64,000 nucleotides of DNA. Source: Patescibacteria group bacterium (lineage in GTDB: Bacteria; Bacteroidota; Ignavibacteria; Kapaibacteriales; Kapaibacteriaceae). Shown piece by piece: positions 9,904-18,888 of the stretch (position 1 is the first letter of the stretch; every line of letters begins with the position of its first letter). The stretch is from the NCBI GenBank assembly GCA_044238605.1, contig JBIICY010000008.1, forward strand, positions 6,507 to 70,506. Reading direction: 5' to 3'. A program made the translations under genes and the position numbers. Under the pieces are notes generated by a model. It saw nothing but the letters and a program-made list of their open reading frames with translations, was not told the DNA's origin and made no database searches.

Positions 9904-10533
9904 TTAGAATTGTTCAGATGTGCGGAACACTGCCGTGCGGGCGATCATATCATGCAGGGCCTGCTTTTTAGCCGAGAGCACGATCAAGCAACCGATCAAG
10001 ATAACCACTTCTACCAGCGACGACGCACTTGTGATGCCTCGTGCAACGATGTCTGCTACCGGAAGCACGGCAATGAGCTTAAGAATTCTGTCGGAGATTT
10101 TGATCACGGTGCGCATGGCAATGATGCTTGGCTCAGCAACAGCCCCGTCTTCGCGTCCGATACGCAGCTTCAGTATCCGCTTTCCGATGGATGCACCTGT
10201 AAAGGCTTCGATAGACCAATACAGAATGGGACTGATAAACCCTGCATAGAGCATCGAGACAAGGTAGGGGAGTGCTTCATTCATCACATCACGTGGGAAG
10301 CCAAATGCCTTCATGCTGGCTAGTAGCTCCTTCAGCGACTCCTTAATGAACTCCGTCTGTCCGGGTTGAATGGAGCTGATGATGAGCACAAGGGTAATCG
10401 TAACAAACCACAATCCAACTTGGTCGATAGCCCATGCGCCAAGGCGCAGACCAAAACCAACGCGTTTGTCTTCGATGGTTGGCTGGTACGACGTAAATGG
10501 ATTTGTCGAAGGGGGCTGTGGTATCTCGCTCAT
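9904..10533 (-). CDS. RDD family membrane protein
   Basis: GFGLRLGAWAID, GASIGKRILKLRI, KQALHDMIART motifs. Confidence 0.9.
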   Translation of the reverse strand: MSEIPQPPSTNPFTSYQPTIEDKRVGFGLRLGAWAIDQVGLWFVTITLVLIISSIQPGQTEFIKESLKELLASMKAFGFPRDVMNEALPYLVSMLYAGFISPILYWSIEAFTGASIGKRILKLRIGREDGAVAEPSIIAMRTVIKISDRILKLIAVLPVADIVARGITSASSLVEVVILIGCLIVLSAKKQALHDMIARTAVFRTSEQF

Positions 10534-10542
10534 CTGATGTTC

Positions 10543-12381
10543 CTAGGAGATTGCCTTAAGGATGCGGACTGCAATATCATATTTCTTGAACGGAGGCATC
10601 AGGTAGACGCCGTTGATGCGGTTGCGCACGGATGATAAAAACTCAACAGCGATCTGGATGCCGATATCGGTTGCTTCTTCGGTGGACGCGGCGCCTTCCA
10701 TGCGCTCGCGTACCCACTGCGGGATGTTCATGCCGGGTACTTCGTAATGCAGGAACTCTGCATGCCGTATCGTGCGAAGCGGAATGATGCCAAGCATGAA
10801 TCTGATATCAATATCCTTTGTGCGGGCTAAAAATGTATCGAGAAGCTCTGCATCAAAGATGGGCTGTGAAAAGGCAACATGAGCCCCTTGCTCAGCCTTC
10901 ATAGCAAGTCGGTCGATTTCGCGCTCTAGGTCATCTGCTGCCGGGTTAACAGCGCACGAGATGCAGAAACCAGTAGATGCACCTAGCGGATTCCCCATCA
11001 GGTCTTGTCCGGTATTCATATGGCCTAGCGCTCGTATGAGTCCGATAGAGTCTACATCGTAAACACTTGTGGCTGACGGAAAATCGCCAATGTGGGTTGG
11101 GTCACCGGTAACAGCAAGGATATTCCGCACTCCCATCTCATGGGCACCGATGAGTTCTGCCTGCAGAGCTACCATGTTGCGGTCTCGGCACGCAAGGTGC
11201 GCAATGCACTCCATAGATGTTTGCTCATGCACGAGCTTGGAGATTGCGATGGGGCTCATGCGAAGTCGCGCGCGGGCGCCATCACTGATGTTGACGGCAT
11301 CGATGCCGTGCTGCTCAAGATAGCGGGCACCTTCAACAACGCTCGACATATCAAGTCCACGCGGCACGTCTAGTTCAACCGTCGTTACAAACCGTTCGTT
11401 GATGCGCTCATGAAAGGTTGTCGGTGCTGCCTTGCTCTGCTCCTGTGATTCTGCACGCTTGGAGGCTTTAACAACAATGGGTACAGACCCAACAGGTACA
11501 TCTTTGACAGCATCAGCGATAGCCTTGATGTGTGCTAGGTCTGCGCCGCCGTCTGCACCAATGATACATGCTCCATGCTCTACGAGTCTGCGCGTAGCCG
11601 CGGCAACGTATGATGGTTCTGCGTTGTATATCGGAAATCCATCGATGATCGTTGGGATCCCTACATCAGGAATTGCGACAAGGGGCTTCTCGGCAACACG
11701 AAGCGACTCGATAATGCCTAACATTCGCTGAGGTCCAACCGTGCCGTTAGAGCCGATGGCGTCTACACCATGTTGAGTAAGGCGTTCTGCAACAGCACTC
11801 GGGAATGAGCCCGAGAGTACTGATCCGTCTTCGGGAAAGGACTTTAGCGCAAGGAGCGGAATTGATGCGCTGAGGGAGCGCACAGACTCAATGGCGATCT
11901 CGAGTTCGTCTACGTTGATAAACGACTTTAGCATGATGCCATCGACCGAAGCGGCAAGCAGCGCTGCTGCGTGTTCGGTAAAGCATGCACGCAGGTCTGA
12001 TGGCTCAAGCGGACCCAGCGGACGCATCATACGTCCGCTCGGACCAACAACGCCGATTACCCGAGCGCGAGACCCAGCGGCTGCGCGCGCCAGCCACGCC
12101 CCTTTTCGATTGATCTCCAGAACGCGGGCGCTGAGCATCGATGATTCCAGCGCATAGCGATTAGCATGCAGTGTATTTGTCTGCAGAAGCGTAGAGCCGG
12201 CATCGACAAAGTCATGATGGATGCGCTCAACAACAACGGGTGACGTCAGATTGTACCTATCGCTCGGCCGTTCGGAGAGTCCGCGCTTGGCCAGTTCGAT
12301 CTGCATCGAACCGTCGGTAACGAGCACTCCTTGTGAGAGCCATTCTGAGAGTGATGCGCCGTCGGAGACGTGACTACTCAT
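10543..12381 (-). CDS. YitJ-like homocysteine S-methyltransferase / methylenetetrahydrofolate reductase fusion; HMT domain lacks Zn ligands
   Basis: N-terminal HMT barrel (DGSM, H..FVDAGS..LQTNT) plus C-terminal MTHFR (ELDVPRG, HLACRDRN, AVTGDP, SQPIFD). Confidence 0.88.
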   Translation of the reverse strand: MSSHVSDGASLSEWLSQGVLVTDGSMQIELAKRGLSERPSDRYNLTSPVVVERIHHDFVDAGSTLLQTNTLHANRYALESSMLSARVLEINRKGAWLARAAAGSRARVIGVVGPSGRMMRPLGPLEPSDLRACFTEHAAALLAASVDGIMLKSFINVDELEIAIESVRSLSASIPLLALKSFPEDGSVLSGSFPSAVAERLTQHGVDAIGSNGTVGPQRMLGIIESLRVAEKPLVAIPDVGIPTIIDGFPIYNAEPSYVAAATRRLVEHGACIIGADGGADLAHIKAIADAVKDVPVGSVPIVVKASKRAESQEQSKAAPTTFHERINERFVTTVELDVPRGLDMSSVVEGARYLEQHGIDAVNISDGARARLRMSPIAISKLVHEQTSMECIAHLACRDRNMVALQAELIGAHEMGVRNILAVTGDPTHIGDFPSATSVYDVDSIGLIRALGHMNTGQDLMGNPLGASTGFCISCAVNPAADDLEREIDRLAMKAEQGAHVAFSQPIFDAELLDTFLARTKDIDIRFMLGIIPLRTIRHAEFLHYEVPGMNIPQWVRERMEGAASTEEATDIGIQIAVEFLSSVRNRINGVYLMPPFKKYDIAVRILKAIS

Positions 12382-12836
12382 GCGGACGTTCCTGTTGGTG
12401 CGTCGTCAAGTGACATCGCCGTGGTTGGCTTCCACCACAGGTAGGCGCACATGGCAATCATGGCGCTGTTCTTGGCAACCTTGAGCCAGCTAACTTCTTC
12501 GCCGCCCTGTGATCCGAAACATCCGCAATCAATCTTGAGTCCGAGAACAACAGCGTATGCAACAGCCAACGTGAACATTACCAGCATTGCTCCGCAGATC
12601 AGTGCGCTTGCGCGCACGCGGAATCCAGCAACAAGGGCGATGCCCACTACAATTTCAAGCCACGCAATAACGAGCGCGTAGCCGTTCACCAGCCACGAGG
12701 GCATAAGACCGTAGTGAGCGATTGACGTTGCAAAGGCAAGGGGCTCGATGATCTTGGGAACAGCGGCATACACAAAGTATCCGCCAATGAACACGCGCAG
12801 TGCAAGACCAAGCCAGGGATAGAGCTGCGTTAGCAC
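12378..12836 (-). CDS. MauE/DoxX family redox-associated membrane protein
   Basis: Four TM segments with the IDCGCFG motif. Confidence 0.9.
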   Translation of the reverse strand: MLTQLYPWLGLALRVFIGGYFVYAAVPKIIEPLAFATSIAHYGLMPSWLVNGYALVIAWLEIVVGIALVAGFRVRASALICGAMLVMFTLAVAYAVVLGLKIDCGCFGSQGGEEVSWLKVAKNSAMIAMCAYLWWKPTTAMSLDDAPTGTSA

Positions 12837-12837
12837 G

Positions 12838-13089
12838 TTAGAAGACCCATGTTGAGATGAATATCCAGAGAATCATGAACAGCACGATGCTGTTAAGTAC
12901 GAATCCAAGTCTGTAGAGAAAGCGTCCACCTTTGAGATCCCGTTGAGCAGGCACGGATAACTCTCCGGCAAATTGCAGATGACGGTCAATGTGGCGCGCC
13001 CAGATGGCGGCAACAAGTCCCACGCCCCAAACGATGGAGAGAAACACACTGGCATAGCCAAGCCACACAACCTTAGTGTGCTGCTTCAT
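12838..13089 (-). CDS. Small membrane protein (DUF4190-like)
   Basis: Two hydrophobic segments; fills the gap between co-oriented genes with tight coupling. Confidence 0.65.
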   Translation of the reverse strand: MKQHTKVVWLGYASVFLSIVWGVGLVAAIWARHIDRHLQFAGELSVPAQRDLKGGRFLYRLGFVLNSIVLFMILWIFISTWVF

Positions 13090-15548
13090 CAGTCCAGCTT
13101 TTCCTCTAGTGCAAGTTTGATCTGCATCGTAAGGTCGTCATAGTGAGCTTGCGTCATTGCATCTGCTGTGCGAGCCCCTTGCAGCTTCTTGAGCATAGAC
13201 TTCAGACGCGCGCGGCAGATAGCACGCACATCAGTGCTGTAGGTGCTTGGTCCACGCATGAAGATCATAAATCCATCGCCGGAAGAGGCAGGCTTTGATG
13301 ACTTGTCGATCAGCTCTTGTACCAAGGTGCGCTGCAATGCTCGACGATAAAAGTCGGAAGGGGCCTTTGTTGCAAGCTCAGTAAAGATCGATGTTTCGAC
13401 ATCGTCGAAGAGTTCAGTCACAGTGTAGGCTTCTGCACCAAAACGTGTTTGCTGATCGAGCAAGCGTGTAAGCTTGTCCGAAGAGATCACCGTGCGTAGC
13501 ATACGCGTCTGTAGCGATGAAAGTCTTTGTGCAACGTCGGTAGGCGTGAGCAGTTGCGCAATGCGCTCATCGAGAAGCCACATTGGAGTAGTGAAGACGT
13601 TGTCGCGCAGGAAGGCAACGGCTTCGCGCTGACGTGACTTTGCAACGATCGAGAACTGAGGTCCTTTTGATCCATGCACCTTACGCTCGATAACTACGCC
13701 ACCCGGAATGTTGGCCACATGCCCCATCTCTCGAGACCACTGTCCGATAAGATCGTCGTAGGCATCAGAGAGCATGCGGAAGTCATCGCCCGGCTTGTAG
13801 GTCGCATCATACACATAACCCATTGCACGCTTGAGGTTGGCAATACCATAAGCGCCCGCCTTGATGGCATCATCACCAAGGTCTTCTGTCTGCGCTGTTG
13901 GGTCCATCACCATCCACTGCTGCGCGCCAAAGCGCAGGTACGGATCTTTTTCTGCTTCTGTTGCCCATGCGCGCAGGGTGTCGAGTTCTTCGTCTGACGT
14001 CTTGGCGCTGATGATCGGACGGTATCCCCACTTTACGGCCCAGTTATCATACGGACCAACCTTTGGCATCACGTCTACATCATCACCTGGCTGGGCAATG
14101 TAGTTGTAGCGTGCATAGTCCATGATGGTTGGCGCGGTGCCGTACTTGGCACAGAAGGTCTTTGAGCGTAATGAATCTACCGGGTAAGCGCTGGATGCTT
14201 TCATGTTGTGAGGCATGCCGATGGTATGTCCAAACTCGTGTGCGGCAACAAACGAGATCAGCTCGCCCATGAGTGAATCGGAGTAGGGAAGCACGCGCGA
14301 CTTTGGATCGCTCACTGCCTGGGCAAAGAACCAGCCCGTCTGCAGCTTCATGATGTTGTGGAACCAACCAATGTCTGACTCAATGATCTCGCCCGTGCGT
14401 GGATCATGAATGTTTGGACCATACGCATTCTCAATCGGCGATGGGTAGTAGCGGATAACGCTATAACGCGCATCTTCCGGAGAGAAGTCAGGATCCTGCT
14501 CCGGTGTAGGGGGCTCGAGGCACTGTACAGCATTCTTGAAACCTGCTTGTTCAAAGGCCGGGTTCCATGCTTCAACGCCTTTCTTGAGCCACTTGCGCCA
14601 TTGCACCGGCGTTGCAGGGTCGATGTAATACGTAATCGGCTTAATCGGTTCTACCAATTCGCCTCTTAGGAATGCTGCGGTGTCCTTTGGTTCGAGGCGC
14701 CAGCGCAGAATGTACTCGCGGTTAACGGCCTCTGGTTCTGGACGTGAGAAGTCCGTCTGGTCTAGCGAGAAGAATCCCACACGTGGGTCTGCAAGACGCG
14801 GCATCATTGGTTTTTCGGGCAGCATTACCATGGAGTGGTGCATGGTAAACGACATCGTCTTTGATGCCGAATTCTGCGACGGATTCTCGGATGAGAATGT
14901 AACGACGTTTTCTACTTCAACATTCGTCGGAAAGCTCTTGATGTACTCCACATATGAGCGGTCTCTGTCGAGTCCACCAATCTTGTACTGTGATCGAATA
15001 CTACGATTCGGCGTCAGGATACCTACATCGCCCACGAACATGTCGGTTACATCGATCACAACACTCGACGAATCCTTGTTGTATGCCTGGATCGGAAATG
15101 CCTTGATGATCTCTTCGAAGTTGGCATTCTTCACTGCGCGCGAAATCGGCGTTGAATCACTGGCAACGTTTACATACGAAATCGTGCGAAGCAGGATCTT
15201 GTCGTACTTACGCTCCCAACGCACTACTTCGGTGTTGCTTTCCTCACCGCCATATCCTACTTGTGGCGTCTTAGCGATGCGGCTCACAAGCAGCAACTCT
15301 TTGCCCAACATAGACTTCGGAATCTCATAGAAGAACTTCTCGTCGATGCGGTGCACAACGAACATGCCCGAATCCGAAACGGCCTCCTTGGTGATCACCT
15401 TATCGTAGGCCTTGATCTTTTTGTCCTTGTCTTTCTCTCCAGGTTTTTCTCCGCCAGCCATCGTCTGTTGGCTTGGCGTGCTCGATCCGCAACCAAAAAG
15501 AAATGCTGCAGCAAGCGAAATCGCGAGTAGGGGGCGTGTGGTGGTCAT
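13089..15548 (-). CDS. Zinc-dependent metalloprotease lipoprotein (EcxA-like, DUF5117/DUF4953 type)
   Basis: Lipobox LFGC, HEFGHTIGMPHN zincin motif, IMDY Met-turn, DPRTGEII; start ATG 15548. Confidence 0.92.
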   Translation of the reverse strand: MTTTRPLLAISLAAAFLFGCGSSTPSQQTMAGGEKPGEKDKDKKIKAYDKVITKEAVSDSGMFVVHRIDEKFFYEIPKSMLGKELLLVSRIAKTPQVGYGGEESNTEVVRWERKYDKILLRTISYVNVASDSTPISRAVKNANFEEIIKAFPIQAYNKDSSSVVIDVTDMFVGDVGILTPNRSIRSQYKIGGLDRDRSYVEYIKSFPTNVEVENVVTFSSENPSQNSASKTMSFTMHHSMVMLPEKPMMPRLADPRVGFFSLDQTDFSRPEPEAVNREYILRWRLEPKDTAAFLRGELVEPIKPITYYIDPATPVQWRKWLKKGVEAWNPAFEQAGFKNAVQCLEPPTPEQDPDFSPEDARYSVIRYYPSPIENAYGPNIHDPRTGEIIESDIGWFHNIMKLQTGWFFAQAVSDPKSRVLPYSDSLMGELISFVAAHEFGHTIGMPHNMKASSAYPVDSLRSKTFCAKYGTAPTIMDYARYNYIAQPGDDVDVMPKVGPYDNWAVKWGYRPIISAKTSDEELDTLRAWATEAEKDPYLRFGAQQWMVMDPTAQTEDLGDDAIKAGAYGIANLKRAMGYVYDATYKPGDDFRMLSDAYDDLIGQWSREMGHVANIPGGVVIERKVHGSKGPQFSIVAKSRQREAVAFLRDNVFTTPMWLLDERIAQLLTPTDVAQRLSSLQTRMLRTVISSDKLTRLLDQQTRFGAEAYTVTELFDDVETSIFTELATKAPSDFYRRALQRTLVQELIDKSSKPASSGDGFMIFMRGPSTYSTDVRAICRARLKSMLKKLQGARTADAMTQAHYDDLTMQIKLALEEKLD

Positions 15549-15630
15549 GTGCGTGTAAATGCCGTGAAACGTAAGCCACAAAAGTACGGCATAACACGGT
15601 AGGGGCGAGACGGGGGGGAGACGAGGGGAC

Positions 15631-15704
15631 TGGTTAATGGGTACGGGTTACGGATTACTGGGTACTGGGTGCGGGTTACGGATTACGGATTACTGGGTAC
15701 TGGG
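15631..15704. repeat. Heptamer tandem array (TGGGTAC/GGGTTAC/GGATTAC), about 10 units
   Basis: tggttaa tgggtac gggttac ggattac tgggtac tgggtgc gggttac ggattac ggattac tgggtac tggg. Confidence 0.9.
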
Positions 15705-15717
15705 GGCGTGGCTATTC

Positions 15718-15898
15718 GTCATCCCAGCGAAAGAGCGTCACCCTCGCGAAAGCAGGGGTCCCTCGCACCAAACGTAGGTCCCTCGCACCTGCGGTGCTCG
15801 GGATGACGCGGCGCGCAGCAGAGGGTAGAAGGTGGAGCTCAAGCATAAACAAGCAAAATCGGTGCGTCATCCCGAGCCGCTTTAGCGGCGAGGGACCT
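15718..15898. repeat. Cluster of REP-like palindromic units (GTCATCCC...GGGATGAC family)
   Basis: 15776-15809 and 15864-15898 are inverted copies, each with an internal hairpin; extra half-units at 15718 and 15737; direct repeat ggtccctcgcacc at 15757 and 15777. Confidence 0.8.
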
Positions 15899-15948
15899 TG
15901 CTGCTTGCTGCTCGCTGCTCGCTGTTCGCTGCTCGCTGCTCGCTGCTC
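15899..15948. repeat. Heptamer tandem array (CGCTGCT)n, 7 units
   Basis: tgctgct tgctgct cgctgct cgctgtt cgctgct cgctgct cgctgct; reverse complement of the array at 63028-63095. Confidence 0.9.
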
Positions 15949-16077
15949 AAAAAGAGATGCCCGGCCAGCTGGGGAGGGGGAGTGCTGTGCTCGGGCATCT
16001 GTGGTGATCGTGTGGCTTTGTGCTTGGGGGGGCAGGATCTAGGGGATCAGCCACACGTCATATATGAGGGGACAGGT
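15949..16077 (-). ncRNA. Candidate small RNA: two stem-loops with C-rich loops ending in an intrinsic terminator
   Basis: Perfect 9-bp stems 16009-16017/16049-16057 and 15955-15963/15992-16000, then a U-run on the minus strand; ECF-like promoter directly upstream. The 5' end is estimated. Confidence 0.55.
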
Positions 16078-16082
16078 TCACA

Positions 16083-16108
16083 GACGTAGCGTTTTGAAAA
16101 TTGTTACA
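16083..16108 (-). promoter_or_regulatory. ECF-sigma-type promoter TGTAAC-N16-CGTC
   Basis: Minus strand reads tgtaac aattttcaaaacgcta cgtc, matching the AAC/CGT ECF consensus. Confidence 0.5.
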
Positions 16109-16125
16109 TCCTATCTTTGCCCCCA

Positions 16126-16881
16126 ATGATACCTCGTAACGGACTCTGTGTTGGACTGGACCTCGATCTTGAGAAGCTGCCAGCCCCCTATCAAAAGCAA
16201 GTTGTTGATTTGCAACGGTTTGGGTGTGATGTTGTGGACGCAACGCGGGGTGCTGCCTCGTGTTACAAGCTTAATCTCGCCTTCTACGAGCAGTACGGAC
16301 GTGAGGGAATTGACGCATTGTATGCCATTCGCGAGCACATTGGGGATGCTTATGTAATCGCTGATGCAAAGCGCGGGGATATCGGCAATACATCGGCTGC
16401 GTATGCAAAGGCCGTGTTCGACGATCTAAAGGCCGATGCCGTTACGGTGTCGCCGTATATGGGACGCGACTCTGTAGGACCATTCCTCGATGTTCCAGGG
16501 AAGATGGTCTATGTTCTGGCACTCACATCTAACCCTGGCTCGCACGATTTTCAACGTCGGCTTGTTGGCGATACGCCCCTTTACGAACTCGTGATGAATA
16601 CCGTGCTCTCATGGCCGCGCAGCGGTGATGTTGGCTTTGTTGTTGGTGCAACGAATGCTGCAGAGCTGTCGATGCTGCGAACGAAGTTCCCCGATGCTCC
16701 GTTGCTGATTCCAGGCATTGGTACCCAAGGTGGAGACACGCAGGAGACCCTTACAGCAAATGCTATGGGTCCGGCAGTGTTTAATGTTTCTCGCGGACTC
16801 CTCTATGCCGATGGATCGGAAAGCTGCATGGAGACAATCCAGCGTCTGGCCAAGACCTACAGCGCACAAATGCAATTCTGA
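16126..16881 (+). CDS. pyrF: Orotidine-5'-phosphate decarboxylase
   Basis: LCVGLD, YKLNLAFYE, DAKRGDIGNT, LTSNPGS, LLIPGIGTQGG motifs. Confidence 0.96.
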   Translation: MIPRNGLCVGLDLDLEKLPAPYQKQVVDLQRFGCDVVDATRGAASCYKLNLAFYEQYGREGIDALYAIREHIGDAYVIADAKRGDIGNTSAAYAKAVFDDLKADAVTVSPYMGRDSVGPFLDVPGKMVYVLALTSNPGSHDFQRRLVGDTPLYELVMNTVLSWPRSGDVGFVVGATNAAELSMLRTKFPDAPLLIPGIGTQGGDTQETLTANAMGPAVFNVSRGLLYADGSESCMETIQRLAKTYSAQMQF

Positions 16882-16930
16882 TATGTCACGTTCTGCGTGA
16901 TGAATCGCACAGTGTATCGGAGGATACACT

Positions 16931-17851
16931 ATGCGTCTTGATGCATTTCCAGAACGAGTGCTGCAGCATGCAGTACATCGTGCGCTTTCAGATGGGCGCC
17001 GCCGCTGGCGGGTAACGAACGGACAATACATCCAGGTGCTTTCGCCCGGCACTCTCAACGTCCACGAAGGTCCAGACTTTGCCAACATGGCATTACTCTG
17101 CGAGGGGGCTGTTACCGTTGCCTCGGGGGAGTTTCATGTGCATGGTTCGGACTGGTTTGCACACGGACATGGCAGTGATCCACGCTACCGTGATGTTGCC
17201 GTGCACATCGTGCTGGATAATGACAGACCTGTAGACAACCTTCGCTGGACGCTGGTTGTGCCGATGTCGGACGTGCTGAAGTGTATCCGCTCTGCTCCCC
17301 AACCATTTGTGCCGTCTGCCAACCACGTTGATGAACTTCAGCAGGCCGCCATTGCCCGGCTAAAGCGTCACATTGACAATGCCCGCATCGTTATTGCAAG
17401 ACTTGGCATGAGGGAGGCTCTGCGAGCGCTTACCGACGAGTGGTTCGGACGCATGGCGATGAGGAAACATCATCCCGTTTCTGCCGATATCCAGCGTCAG
17501 CTGCGTCAGGCAGTTGCCCACTCGCCCCTTGGCCAGCTTGCGCTCACCATCCATGAACGTGCTCCAGAAAGTCTTCTCGAAGCCATTCGTGTTGCAGAGC
17601 TTCAGCGCATTGCTCTCGAGGGCAGATCTCTACGGCGCGAACTCCTCATGAACGTGATCTTCCCATGCTGTTGTGCCGTTGCACCAAATGCCAGCCTGGT
17701 TGCGCTGCTGCAGTGGTTCTGGTCTGCCCCGTCAATTCATCACTATGCGGCGTTGCGCCGTCGCTTCCCGGGTTTTGATCAAACCTACATGTGGCAGCAG
17801 CAGGGACTGCTCGAGTATGTGCGCTGGTATTCGCCAGTGTATGCGTCATAA
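16931..17851 (+). CDS. DUF2851 family protein
   Basis: PGTLNVHEGPDF, EFHVHGSDWFAHGHGSDPRY..V..HIV, C-terminal QQGLLE. Confidence 0.85.
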   Translation: MRLDAFPERVLQHAVHRALSDGRRRWRVTNGQYIQVLSPGTLNVHEGPDFANMALLCEGAVTVASGEFHVHGSDWFAHGHGSDPRYRDVAVHIVLDNDRPVDNLRWTLVVPMSDVLKCIRSAPQPFVPSANHVDELQQAAIARLKRHIDNARIVIARLGMREALRALTDEWFGRMAMRKHHPVSADIQRQLRQAVAHSPLGQLALTIHERAPESLLEAIRVAELQRIALEGRSLRRELLMNVIFPCCCAVAPNASLVALLQWFWSAPSIHHYAALRRRFPGFDQTYMWQQQGLLEYVRWYSPVYAS

Positions 17852-17877
17852 GAGCAGGGAAACGTATTTTGCGCCCC

Positions 17878-18888
17878 ATGATTACGACACTTATTACTGG
17901 CGCCAACGGCGAAATCGGACACAGTCTCCTCGAGACGCTTTCTTCACAACCAGATCGTAAGATCATCGCACTTGACCTTGCGCCCCTTGGCGAGGCTCTT
18001 GCAAAGCATGTGCACGTAAGTGTGCAGGGCGATGTGTCTGATCCGAATGTTGTTGCTCAGCTCGAGCAGCACGATATCGACGAGATCTATCACCTTGCGG
18101 CGCTGCTTTCGACAAGCTCTGAGAAGAACCCCGAGCGTGCGCACAATGTGAACGTGAATGGCACGATGGGCCTTCTGATGATGGCACGCCGCATCGGTAC
18201 GCGCACGGGCAAGGCTGTGAAGTTCTTGTTCCCGAGCACGATCGCCGTCTACGGCATGAAGAGCATCGAAGAGAAGAACAATGCTGGTGCGGTTACAGAG
18301 TTTGAACACCTGCAGCCAACAACGATGTATGGCATCAACAAAGTGTACTGCGAACAGCTCGGTGCGTACATGAGCGACCGGTTTGGTCAGCTCACAGACG
18401 AGCGCGGCGCAAAAGTTCTCGACTTCCGCGCACTACGTTTTCCAGGTCTCATCTCGGCCACGACTGTTCCGACAGGGGGCACAAGTGATTACGCACCGGA
18501 GATGATCCACGCCGCAGCGCAGGGCAAAGCCTATGCATGTTTTGTCCGTCCAGATGCGCGCATCCCATTCATGGCAATGCCTGATGGCGTAAAGGCGCTG
18601 TTAGATCTTGCAGCAGCACCAATGGAAAACCTAACGCAGCGCGTGTACAACATTGGAGCATTCTCGCCATCAGCAGAAGAGATTGCTGTAAAGGTGAAAG
18701 AGGCATTCCCATCGGCCGAGATCACCTATGCGCCGCATCCGCAGCGTCAGGCAATTGTTGATTCGTGGTGCGGGGATGTAAACGACTCAGCTGCACGCAA
18801 TGATTGGGGATGGACGCCAGACTACGACATGGACAGGGCATTCAACGAATACCTGATCCCGATCATCTCTAAGGTGTATGCAGGATAA
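17878..18888 (+). CDS. NAD-dependent epimerase/dehydratase family; likely SDR-type L-threonine 3-dehydrogenase
   Basis: [21 protein letters not shown] (YxxxK), RFPGLIS, GGTSDYA; start ATG 17878. Confidence 0.85.
   Translation: MITTLITGANGEIGHSLLETLSSQPDRKIIALDLAPLGEALAKHVHVSVQGDVSDPNVVAQLEQHDIDEIYHLAALLSTSSEKNPERAHNVNVNGTMGLLMMARRIGTRTGKAVKFLFPSTIAVYGMKSIEEKNNAGAVTEFEHLQPTTMYGINKVYCEQLGAYMSDRFGQLTDERGAKVLDFRALRFPGLISATTVPTGGTSDYAPEMIHAAAQGKAYACFVRPDARIPFMAMPDGVKALLDLAAAPMENLTQRVYNIGAFSPSAEEIAVKVKEAFPSAEITYAPHPQRQAIVDSWCGDVNDSAARNDWGWTPDYDMDRAFNEYLIPIISKVYAG

Noticed and set aside
15600-15950. Possible CRISPR array or telomere-like repeat (GGGTTAC)
   Set aside because: Units are contiguous 7-mers with no unique spacers and no cas genes nearby. 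The similarity to telomeric repeats is superficial and the site is internal.
15794-16089. ORFs 15794..16042 and 15898..16089 (LLAARCS repeats), and the similar 62583..63146 and 62936..63130
   Set aside because: These are translations of heptamer repeats and hairpins, with no RBS or protein-like composition.
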